Positions 1-11,500 of a DNA stretch of 64,000 nt are shown in pieces; the stretch's first letter is position 1, and each line of letters opens with the position of its first letter. The stretch comes from Octopus bimaculoides. Its lineage: Eukaryota. The stretch is taken from the NCBI RefSeq assembly GCF_001194135.2, contig NC_068995.1:40306630-40370629 (forward strand), read 5' to 3'. The notes beneath the pieces were generated by a model that searched no databases, had not been told where the DNA came from, and saw only the letters and a program-made list of their open reading frames with translations. The translations under genes were made by a program, and so were the position numbers.

Positions 1-267
1 ATACCCATAATCTGAAAGTTTGGTTTATCCCACACTGAGTCAGACTGTTTGTGGAATACTCAACCACTTCATGCCTGCATGGAAAATGGACGTTCTATGA
101 TGATGATGATTTAGTTGTGTATGAGTGTGTGTGTGTGTGTGTGTGAGTGTATGCATATATTTGCACTCTTCTTACATTAAGAGTATTTTAACTCTTATTT
201 CTAGCACCCTTAGTGAAAATTAAATTTTTCCTTTATGGTATCACATTGCACCTAGCTGTTTATATCA

Positions 268-298
<31 letters not shown>

Positions 299-959
299 AC
301 ACAGTTATTAATGAGGAGTATTAATCCAGGCAAAATACTTTATAAGCTCTCTGTTAGCACACCAACAGGCTTACACATTGTCTGGCAGGCTTGGGGCAAT
401 AGTAGAAGACATATGTTCAAGGTGCCACACAGTAGAAATGAACTAGAAACCACATGGTAACAAATCAAGCTTCTTAACTGCACAGCCATAATTATTGTTT
501 TGCCAGTGAGTCGGTCAGGAACTGAATGGCAGTTGTAACCACTGCTAGTTAGAAAGAGACACTAAACAAAGAGAGACAAAGATGTGTGTGTCTGTGTGTG
601 TGTGCGTGCGGGCACACGCGTGCTTGCATGCATATGTGTATCAACTGAGAGAAAAAACTGGAGATGAGAAGAACACTGTATAGTATATAAAAATATTCTT
701 TTCTTTGTAGGCGTAGGAGTGGCTGTGTGGTAAGTAGCTTGCTTACCAACCACATGGTTCCGGGTTCAGTCCCACGGTGTGGCACCTTGGGCGAGTGTCT
801 TCTACTCGAGCCGACCAAAGCCTTGTGAGTGGATTTGGTAGACAGAAACTGAAAGAAGCCCGTCGTATATATGTATGTGTGTGTATATGTATATATGTAT
901 GTGAGTGTATAAGTAAAAGAGTACTCTAGGCACAAGGCGTGAAATTTTGGAGTAGGAGA

Positions 960-1350
960 CCAGTTGATTAGATTGATCCCAATACGCAACTGGTACTTAA
1001 TTTATCGACCCCGAAAGGATGAAAGGCAAAGTCAACCTCAGCGGAATTTGAACTCAGAACATAAAGAGAGACAAAATACCGCTAAGCATTCCGCCCGGCA
1101 TGCTAACGTTTCTTATTTCTTTATTGCCCACAAGGGGCTAAACATAGAGGGGACAAACAAGGACAGACAAAAGGATAAAGTTGATTACATCGACCCCAGT
1201 GCGTAACTGGTACTTATTTAATCGACCCCGAAAGGATGAAAGGCAAAGTCGACCTTGGCGGAATTTGAACTCAGAACATAACGGCAGATGAAATACCGCT
1301 AAGCATGTCGCCTGGCGTGCTTATGTTTCTGCCAGCTCGCCACCTTATAC
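960..1350 (-). mobile_element. tRNA-derived SINE, family C (internally duplicated copy)
   Basis: gaaaggatgaaaggcaaagtcgacc...gaatttgaactcagaac module present twice. Other copies at ~12960-13180, 16720-16885, 21570-21730, 30840-31300, 62840-62990. Confidence 0.85.
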
Positions 1351-1645
1351 AAAAATATTGAACTAGAAATGATGACGTGCATGGAAGATGACAGTTGGAT
1401 ACAGAAGAGGAAGGAAACTAGAACAGAGGAAGTCTCTGAAGAGATGGGCAGAAGTGGCAAAAGTTGAATTCAGAATGTTGAACCTTATGAAGAAGATGAC
1501 AAAAAAAATAACAGTTAAGCAAGTGGCAAACGCACCCAGCTGGAGAAGACTTTGTTCAACCCATGCACACAAAAAAAGCACATGTAAAAGGAGGAGGATG
1601 CAAATCAGAGAAAATAAAGACATTGCCATATACATCAATGCATAC

Positions 1646-1915
1646 CTGTGGATTTTGATTAACTTCAGATTCATTATTTGGAGACTTAAGCTCAACCAAA
1701 TCCGTTAGGTGGCAATTGCAGTCACAGCAGGTAAGTGATTTACCACCCATAGAAATTATTTCACTATCTTCAGACATCATTATATGATTAACAATGTTGG
1801 TAGATTCTTTTGATTTCCTGCAAAAATAAAATAAAAAATAAATTTATTATAGTTGAAATATAAATCATGATTCTTATTACCTCAGCACTGGAGGTGGCAA
1901 GGATTCATCTCTCCA
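1646..1915 (-). CDS. Two candidate internal exons (1915-1881, 1817-1646) of an unidentified gene
   Basis: tag|WRDESLPPPVLR|gtaata, then a 63-nt intron ending tttattttttattttatttttgcag, then a 172-nt open frame KSKESTNIVNHIMMSEDSEIISMGGKSLTCCDCNCHLTDLVELKSPNNESEVNQNPQ|gtatgc. Phases are compatible; no family recognised. Confidence 0.45.
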
Positions 1916-2064
1916 CTAGCAATATAAACAAGAGTGCATTTTGCACCAAAAGCCAGTATGACAGTTTCTCTCATGGTAACTACTGCAGTATAAAAAAAGT
2001 AACCTTTCCGAGTCATGCTGACTCATGAGAGCCAATTTCCTGGTTTCCATGGCATATATATTCC

Positions 2065-2249
2065 TAAGGTATTTTTCGACGTTATTATTATTATTATTAT
2101 TATTATTGAGGTCATTGCCTGGAATCGAATTCGGAATTTTTGGGTTAGTTGCCTGTGCTCTTAACCACTACACCAATATGCCCGTGGCGTAGTGGTTAAG
2201 AATGCAGACTACTAACCCCAAGATTCCGAGTTCGATTCCAAGTAGTGAA

Positions 2250-2280
<31 letters not shown>

Positions 2281-2581
2281 GACAAATACATAACAAAAAC
2301 ACCAGGACTTACAAATGTATATACCATACAGAAAATTGCACTACTGGGCACTGCACACATCCTACGCAAAACACTTTCAATACAGTAACCATAAGAGCAT
2401 CACAGCAAACCACAGCACATACCCAAGGCACACAGAGCTGCGCTCGGTAGTGAAGTGAAAGCACGTTATAAAAATAAAACTACTGAATAATAATAATAAC
2501 ATCAAAAAATACCTTTACAATGAGAACACAGGTTCGAAATTTCCCCTAGACACCTGATGAAGGCTGGAGGGTATATTAGCC
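2065..2581. mobile_element. Rearranged copy of the same family: head-to-head tRNA-like heads plus a 3' module cut by an N gap
   Basis: Inverted heads at ~2110-2250; gacacctgatgaaggctggagggtatattagcc at ~2550-2581. Confidence 0.7.
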
Positions 2582-5500
2582 NNNNNNNNNNNNNNNNNNN
2601 NNNNNNNNNNNNNNNNNNNNNNNNNNNNNNNNNNNNNNNNNNNNNNNNNNNNNNNNNNNNNNNNNNNNNNNNNNNNNNNNNNNNNNNNNNNNNNNNNNNN
2701 NNNNNNNNNNNNNNNNNNNNNNNNNNNNNNNNNNNNNNNNNNNNNNNNNNNNNNNNNNNNNNNNNNNNNNNNNNNNNNNNNNNNNNNNNNNNNNNNNNNN
2801 NNNNNNNNNNNNNNNNNNNNNNNNNNNNNNNNNNNNNNNNNNNNNNNNNNNNNNNNNNNNNNNNNNNNNNNNNNNNNNNNNNNNNNNNACCCTATCCCGC
2901 GTGTGAAAATGAATACGTGTTTAGGGTTAGGGTCGACCACTCACGACTAGCTAGCGCGGACGCGCGACTGCGCGTTCGGGTCCGCGCTGCTTTAGTAGCA
3001 CCTCATTTTTGCCAGGTGACTGGACTGGAACAATGCGAAATAAAGCGTCTCGCTCGAGGACACAAGGTGCTGCCAGGAATTGAACTCACGACCTTACGAT
3101 CGCGAGCTAAATACCTTAGCCACTAAACGATCCACCTTACGCTAGTTACATCGTTTAAGAGAGGGAAGCAAAATTTGGTCAGAACTCAGAATGAGCAGGA
3201 TGGTCCAATATATGAATAAGACATCATATTTCTGAGAATGGAATCGATTAGACTAGTGTTTAAGAAGCATTTCTGTCCAGCACCCAGCTTCGATGTTCAA
3301 AAGAAACATGCACCTAACCATGCTCGTATAAAGTTATAAGCTTTATTCCACTTGTCACTTGCTTACAACCCATTCTTGAACAACTCACATCCCACCTAGT
3401 AAAATAGTCCATTAGATCGACTATAGTACATGACCGGCATTTATTTTACCTCCTTTGAAAAATAAATAAATAAATTTGCTCCGAGTGAGATCTGAACTCG
3501 AGAGGTAAAATAACAGGAAAATGTGGAAAATAGCGCATCCGTTTGCAGACTATAAATGCCGAAAATGCCAACGTTTTACTTTGATCGACTGCAATAAACC
3601 CTTCTCTACAAGCTTTATTTTTATTCTTAACAAAGAAAAGACAGAGCGGTAAAGGTCTAAGGTGCTAGTTTCGATTCCATGCTGCAGGATATTTTAATTC
3701 ACTCACGTTTAGATTCAAAAACAAAGAACAACGTTAACACACGTATATTTTTCCTTAAACTTCTATATATGTGTTTATATTGTTTTGTTTCCAATTACAA
3801 CTGAATTGATGAAAATATTGACATCAACCAAAGACACAAGAAGGGGAAGAGGGGGGCTAAGTGCCAATATTCAAAACCTTATTGTTCTTATGGTTATTCT
3901 TATTATAGTTATTATTATTATTATTTACCATTAGTTTAAAACCAACAAAACCAAAGCAACTCACATCAGCCCATTTTTGTGTTCGAGTTTATATATGGAA
4001 ACATTGTAAAGCTGAGTATAACATACTAAGCCACAGTTTCGGAGATTATAATGAAAGTAAATTATAATCAATTAATAGTTTTGATTGTTTGGTTTAATTA
4101 TCTTATTGTTGCATAATTGTTTAAAATATATTTAGATATATATTACTCAAAGATGAAACTATAATTTAATGTAAGGATTAAGTATTTTAAACATAAATAA
4201 ACCCATTTATTTATTTTCGTTTTACGTATTTTAGTTGCGCTTTGCCTCCTAATGGAAGGATTTACACGGTAACTTGCGAGCTTGAAACGAAACTATGGTT
4301 CTGAATCCTGCATACATTTATTAAATTTTTCAATGTCTATAATTAGTGACACATACACACAGTTGAGTAGTTAAAGAAGTTCTCTTAACAACCATTCGGT
4401 TTAAGTCCCACCGCACCCCACCTTAGGCAAGTGTGTTTGGACAAACCCTTGTGAATGGATTTGGTTGACTGAAACTGAACACAAACATCGTGTGCGCGAG
4501 AGAGAGGGTTGGATTCCTCTCAACAATGTGTATGACTATTCATTACCTGTCAATGAAAGGCAAATCAAAGATGACTTTTAAGCCCAGGTGATGGATTGCA
4601 ACTTTTATGCCAATTATTACATTTGTCTTCTCTCAGTTAAATGCATATATATATAGGGAGAGATAGAGATAGATAGATACAACTGAGGATGTGTCTCTGT
4701 GTGTGTAAACCCTCACAACCGCTGAAGTTCGCAATTGATTTTCTCCTAACTGGGAACATACATTAGTTATGTATTTTTCACATAAAGAGTATCGGTGCCC
4801 TTGGGAAAAGAAAGCTCCTTTTTCTGGGGTACGTACGACTGCCCGCATGGTCTATGCACTGCTTCTGTTCAAATTGCAAAAAACAGCTACTGAAATTGTA
4901 TAAGTAGATTGTATTAAGTGGATGAACCGATTAAGACTTCAAACTGCGTTGTCTAAATGGTAGCAATGATAGCCTATTCTTGTAGTACCATAGGTAGCAA
5001 TTTGTTGGAATAAAATACGTTTGGAATGCACTATGTTTATTATGAAAAATATGCTGAAATATATTAAATCCTGAGCAACTATTCAACTATTTTCTTTTAG
5101 CTTCAGTATAAAAACCAAAATATCACATATACATTAACCTATTAATTTATGGTGTCCAAGACCAACTACATTAGTTAGAGACAGTGGAATTGTGTCGTGC
5201 TTGAGAAGACCCACCAAGCCAAGCAAAATCACACTCGTGGCAGAAAGCGATGTCATGCAAATGACACCTGTGCCAGTGGCACGTAAAAGCACTCATTACA
5301 CTCTCGGAGTGGTTGGTGTTAGGAAGGACATCCAGCCGTAGAGAGCCAAATCAGACTGGATCCTGGATCTTGCATGCCGAATTGTTTTCCTTAGGGAGCT
5401 AAGTTGTCCTCACAATGGTCGCACACAGTTTATGCAAAGGGGTGCTCAGGTGAACCACAACTATTGATTCCAAACTGACAGTGTTGTTTGCAAGCACTTC

Positions 5501-6789
5501 GTTGCCAATACCCCACCCATCCACCTTCCCACGTCATTTCTTTCATGTAGATCTCTCTCATGTGGTGCTGCTGAGTGTGCCCACAGGCTTAATTTATCAA
5601 ATAGATGTAGTTTCTATGTCTGTTGATTATTCAGTGTGGTAGTGGCAGTACCAACAGCTGCAAAGGTGAGTATATCTTCCAAGAGCTTTTTGGTGTATTC
5701 AAAAATAACACACCCCCACCCACTTTTCCATAACAAGGTTAGGGCCTGGAATCTTCCAAACATACGCATAACATGTCACTTAGTCGAATTAGCCCTTCAT
5801 TTACTCCACAAATGTTTTGTCATCAATGCTGCATTTTCCTGTATCACGTTTCAACTTAACTGTACCATGTATACAAACTATGCCATTTAAATCCCAAACA
5901 ACACCAGATATGTCTGCTAGNNNNNNNNNNNNNNNNNNNNNNNNNNNNNNNNNNNNNNNNNNNNNNNNNNNNNNNNNNNNNNNNNNNNNNNNNNNNNNNN
6001 NNNNNNNNNNNNNNNNNNNNNNNNNNNNNNNNNNNNNNNNNNNNNNNNNNNNNNNNNNNNNNNNNNNNNNNNNNNNNNNNNNNNNNNNNNNNNNNNNNNN
6101 NNNNNNNNNNNNNNNNNNNNNNNNNNNNNNNNNNNNNNNNNNNNNNNNNNNNNNNNNNNNNNNNNNNNNNNNNNNNNNNNNNNNNNNNNNNNNNNNNNNN
6201 NNNNNNNNNNNNNNNNNNNNNNNNNNNNNNNNNNNNNNNNNNNNNNNNNNNNNNNNNNNNNNNNNNNNNNATATATATATATATAATCGATTAACGTCTG
6301 TTTTCCATCCTGACATGGGTTGGATGGTTTGACTGAGGTCTGGAGAGCCAGCAGCTGCACCAGTCTCCAATCTGATCTGGCAAAGTTTCTACAGGTGGAT
6401 GCCCTTCCTAATGCCAACCACTCCGAGAGTGTAGTGGGTGCTTTTTACATGCCACTGGCACAGGAGCCTGTCAGGCAGACTTGGCAACGATCACATTTCG
6501 GTGGTGCTTTTTATGTGCCACCAACATGAGTCAGTCAGGAGGTACTGGCATTGGTCACGATCGGTTGGTGCTTTTTACATGCCACTGGCACGGGAACCAG
6601 TCAGGGAGCACCGGTCCCAGCTTACTTGACTCAACAGGTCTTCTCAAGCATATCATATCACCCGACACATCAGGGGTATTCTTAACAGGGCTGGACATAC
6701 GTGGCTACAATCTCACTTTAGTTGCTAGGTCTTCTCAATCACAGCATATCTCCAAAGGTCCCAGTCTCCTGTCATTGCCTCTGTGAGGC

Positions 6790-7260
6790 CCAATATTCAA
6801 AGGTCATGGTTCACCACCTCATCCTATGTCTTCCTGGGTCTACCTCTTCCACAGGTTCCTTCTACAGTTAGGGAGTGGCAATTCATCACACAGCTGTCTT
6901 CATTCATACATAACACATGACCATACCAGCGCAGTCATCTCTCTTGTACACCGCATTTGATGTTTCTTATGCCCAACTTTTCTCTCAGGGTGCTTACACT
7001 CTGTCGTGTATGCAAGCTGACATTACACATCCAGCAGATCATACTAGAATACATGTCCTCAGCATTCATGGTCCATGTTTCACTGCCGTGTAGCATAGCA
7101 GTTTGTACACATGCATCATACAGTTTACCTTTCACCCTGAGCAAGAGGCCCATAGTTACCAGCAGAGGTAGGAGCTCTCTGAGCTTTGCCCAGGCTATTC
7201 TTACTCTAGTTGCTACACTCTCAGAGCAATCTCCCCCACTACAGACTTAGCCACCTAGGT
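6790..7260 (-). mobile_element. Decayed RTE-LINE fragment
   Basis: LRVKGKLYDACVQTAMLHGSETW...LREKLGIRNI motif of the RTE C-terminal region. Confidence 0.85.
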
Positions 7261-8373
7261 AGCAGAAGTTATTAACTACTTCTAGTTTTTTCCCTCTGTC
7301 ATGTGATGGAATCTGTTTTCTGTACATCATCAGTGTTTATTGCCCCTGTGCATCTGCCACACACAAAAACTATTTTCCAGGTTAACCTTTCGTTGATATT
7401 GCTGCACCTTTTATGTGTCCATAGCTTACACCGAGTATGGAGTATTCTACCCACGCCTTTTCTACAGATCGAATAGGGCTATCTACCTGAAGGAGGTTGT
7501 GATTTGACAGCCTTCCTACTTACTAAGACTTTGGTTTTGGCTGGGTCAACCCTAAGGCCCTTCGATTCTAGACTTTGCTTCCATACCCTAAGAAAACATA
7601 AAGGATGCCTCTATGTAGTATCTCAATTTGCTTGACTTGAAATAGATGCCAAATTTCCCTCAAATCACACACCTTTTCTTCTTTTAAAAATAACAGTATG
7701 GTCATGCTTAGAATAACTTTGATTATTGATTATAGATTTCCTGTGTAGATGTATTCCACAAAGAAAGATGAACAGGGTAATGTGTAGTTCCTGATATATA
7801 ATAAAAGCAGAAGAGATGGTCATGTGTGAGATAGTTTTAATACGGATGAGGACAGCTGTGTAAAGAAGTGCTGGGATCTAATTGTGGAGGGTACCTGTAG
7901 AATGGGTAGACCCAGGAAGATGTGAGAAAAGATCTTCAGATGCTGGGCCCCACTGAGGAACTGATGAGGGACTAGGGGATGTGGCGATTTCCTGTACTTG
8001 ATATGATGCATGAACCTAAGTAAAATCGCTGTCTTCCACACATAAAGGTATGTTCTTTCAGGTGCCAGTGCCAAATAAAAAGAACCCATGCCAGTGGAAT
8101 GTAAAATGTATCCGGCACACTCTGATAAGTGGTTGGCATTAGGAGGGGCAGTTCCCAGCTGGACAGTTCCATGTCAAACCGTCCAACCCATGCCAGTATG
8201 GAAAACATGTTAAACGATGACGGTGGCGGCGGTGGTGATGATGACAACAACGACTGTTCGGTCAGACGTGACCTAGAGACAAACAACAATATAGAATTTG
8301 TAACAGGAAAAATAAACAACAAACAACGCATTAAAAATCATTCTAAATGTTCAAGGGGTTTCGTGTGTAAAGT

Positions 8374-8379
8374 TTTATT
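8374..8379 (-). terminator. Putative AATAAA polyadenylation signal of DIS3L
   Basis: tttatt on the plus strand, ~200 nt downstream of the DIS3L stop codon. Confidence 0.45.
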
Positions 8380-8574
8380 TTTTTTTTTAAATCTTAGAAA
8401 TTTCTAAAAAAAGACAAACGTGCACACACAAACACACATGCACAAATACTCACACACACACACACACACACATACCCACAACAGACATATACATGTGTAT
8501 GTACAAACAAATATTTACAACAATCACCCATTTTGGTCAAAATGTACAAAACTGGTTCAACAAAATCCACTTCC

Positions 8575-11500
8575 TTATACGGACATGATGCCCATTTCCT
8601 GGAAAGATTCAAACACTTCATACAAACTACTTTCAGCCTCAGATTGTCTGTATTCTGTATTCAGATGAGTAAATGAGTTCACTGAGGCAGCCGCTATTTC
8701 AGCAGCACTCAAGGCATTTACATCCTGAAAAGAGGAAAAGAAACAAAGAATTATATTTTTAATTCGATTTCATTGAGTTACGTAATAGCTTAGCCCAAGG
8801 TCAGTTCTTGATCAAACAAACCTTGTGCAACACTATAATACGAGTGATGTTGTATATTTTCAATCTTCCATGCAAAACAACTTTGATGATAGGGAAATAT
8901 CATCTTCCTTGGAAAAAGGTGAGAGCTGGTGACAGGAAAGGCATCCAGCCATAGAAAATTTGCTTCAACAAATTCTCCCTCACTCATGCACAGTGGATGT
9001 TAAAGTGATGATGATGATGATAAGGATACACACACACACATATATATTTACCTTTTTAGAAAACATATCTTTTAGATCAGTTTGATTTTGGTTTTGTAAA
9101 AGAATTGGTTTATCAGAAAGCAGCTCCAGTTTAACATTTGGTTGATGAGCATTGACCAATTCCAAGGAAATAATTACCTAAAACAAAAAAAAAAAAATTA
9201 TATATATATATAAAGTTTATTTTCACCTGATATCAGTCAGTCACAGATTTCAGTGATAAAGTCTCAATGTGACCATCTGATTGATTGCTAGAAGAAATAG
9301 TCTTCATCCTATCATCTTAAAAAAAAACCCCAAAGAAATATTGAACAATGTAGCCCTAGATACATTATGCCAAGAAGAAATAAGACAAGATAACTACGGT
9401 TATGTTGATAGAAGGTTTACTGGATCAGGCTTGTAGCTAAACAACAGCAACAATAATGGAACACAATCCAAACTGATTATCTCTATATAACAATAGAATG
9501 TCCCTCAACTCATCCTACCATTTTAATGAAATAAGAAAGAGGCATTGGATCTTAACAAGGTGACCTTATCCCCAATAGACACCCTTCCCCATGCACACAA
9601 AAACTAAATCCTTTTTAATATGGCCAATGTTAGGGTTAATCTTTCCTGTCTAGGTTAACATTACTAGCAACTTTGTTCATTAGAGAAAAGCATATATATC
9701 TGCAGCCCTTATTTACAGACCTAACTACAACAACTGCTGAAACCAATCAAATGTGTCTACTGGCTGGTTTCTACCTTTCAAAAGCAGCCGTTTACAGTGT
9801 CACCCTCAGTCCAATTGGTGATTTCCCATGGACTCACAGCCAACTTTGAGAGAAGGATCATCCTCATTGTCATTGTTGTTGTCCACTTTTCCATGCTCCC
9901 ATGAGTTACATAAAATTTGATGAGGTAGATTTTCTACAGGCAAATGCCCTTTCTATTGTCAATCCTTGTCTGCTTTCAAGTAAAGTAATATTTCCCATGG
10001 CTGGCTGGCTGGACATATTTTCATAGCAGACTGGAAACAAAAGACATCACTTATATGACAGTGAGACACGTTTACAACATGTACAATGTCAATGATTTAA
10101 TGATCTGATCAACAGACGAGAACCTTGGCATCTCAGTAAATAGTAAATGAACCTCAACAGAACTACTATAATTATGCTCCTGTTGTTGCCACTCCGTCGC
10201 TTACGACGTTGAGGGTTCCAGTTGATCCGATCAAAGGAACAGCCTGCTCGTGGAATTAACGTGCAAGTGGCTGAGCATTCCACAGACACGTGTACCCTTA
10301 ACATAGTTCTCAGCGTGACACAGTGTGACAAAGCTGACCCTTTGAATTACAGGCACAACAGAAACAGGAAGTAAGAGTGAGAGAAAGAGGTGGCGAAAGA
10401 GTACAGCAGGGTTCGCCACCATCCCCTGCCGGAGCCTCGTGGAGCTTTTTTAGGTGTTTTCACTCAATAAACACTCACAACGCCCAGTCTGGGAATCGAA
10501 ACTGCGATCCTATGACCGCGAGTCCGCTGCTGCCCTAACCACTGGGCCATCGCGCCTCCACAATTATGCCCCTATATAGGTAACATAACAACAACGAACT
10601 ACAAAACCATTACTGTGCTTCTATACAGCTCAAAAAAAAATCTAGGTATCTTTTAACAGTTAATTAATACTCAAGTCCAGTATTGTATCATCTGGGCCAT
10701 TTTCACTAACACTGGCAACTTGACAACACCTCAGCTTAATCATTCATTCTGCTCCCTTCAGATTACAGGTTATGTTCCCCCTTTTTTTTTATTAGAACAA
10801 TGAGTAATAAAGTTCTCTATTTAAGAGATGAGGAATTATTTACATTATTTACATTTGACGGATATTTGTCCTCATCTTGTTTGTTGTTAACACAACGTTT
10901 CGGCTGATATACCCTCCAGCCTTCGTCAGGTGCCCACGGGCATATGGCGTAGTGATTAAGAGCGCGGGCTACTAACCTCAAGATTCCAAGTTCGATTCAC
11001 GGCAGCGACCTGATTAATAATAGTAATAATAATAATAATAATATAATAATAGTAACATCGTTAGGAATGAGAACCCAGGTTCGAAATTTCCCCAAGACAC
11101 CTGATGAAGGCTGGAGGGTGTATCAGCCGAAACGTNNNNNNNNNNCCTCATCTTGTTTGTTGTTAACACAACGTTTCGGCTGATATACCCTCCAGCCTTC
11201 GTCAGGTGCCCACGGGCATATGGCGTAGTGATTAAGAGCGCGGGCTACTAACCTCAAGATTCCAAGTTCGATTCACGGCAGCGACCTGATTAATAATAGT
11301 AATAATAATAATAATAATATAATAATAGTAACATCGTTAGGAATGAGAACCCAGGTTCGAAATTTCCCCAAGACACCTGATGAAGGCTGGAGGGTGTATC
11401 AGCCGAAACGTTGTGTTAACAACAAACAAGATGAGGACAAATATCCGTCAAATGTAAATAATGTAAATGAGTAATAAGTAAATGAATAAATGACTTACAG

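Larger units (their letters stand above)
10811..11465 (+). mobile_element. tRNA-headed non-autonomous retroelement with Penelope-like inverted arm and hammerhead motifs (unit shown twice across a 10-N gap)
   Basis: 12-bp TSD aatgagtaataa (10799-10810, 11466-11477). A box tggcgtagtg and B box gttcgattc near 10941-10998, an (AAT)n tract, and a 3' module that is also present inverted at the 5' end. Confidence 0.8.

Noticed and set aside
1388-1708. 106-aa plus-strand ORF
   Set aside because: KRWAEVAKVEFRMLNLMKKMT resembles the decayed RTE-LINE C-terminus (cf. KTWAEVVRQDLRTLGLTEAMT at 59.2 kb)
1669-5665. Plus-strand exon-like segments 1669-1730 (CAG|GTAAGT) and 5635-5665 reading DSLFGDLSSTKSVRWQLQSQQ-CGSGSTNSCK
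   Set aside because: Short, no recognisable protein, and overlapping a better-supported minus-strand exon. Unresolved without RNA data.
10936-11010. tRNA-like sequences (also SINE heads throughout the window)
   Set aside because: They lack complete acceptor stems and are attached to repeat bodies: SINE heads, not tRNA genes
10870-11412. 276-bp tandem duplication of the hammerhead element (would resemble a dimeric retrozyme array)
   Set aside because: The two copies appear identical and are separated by a 10-N scaffold gap, so this is most likely overlapping contig ends. Long reads would be needed to rescue it.
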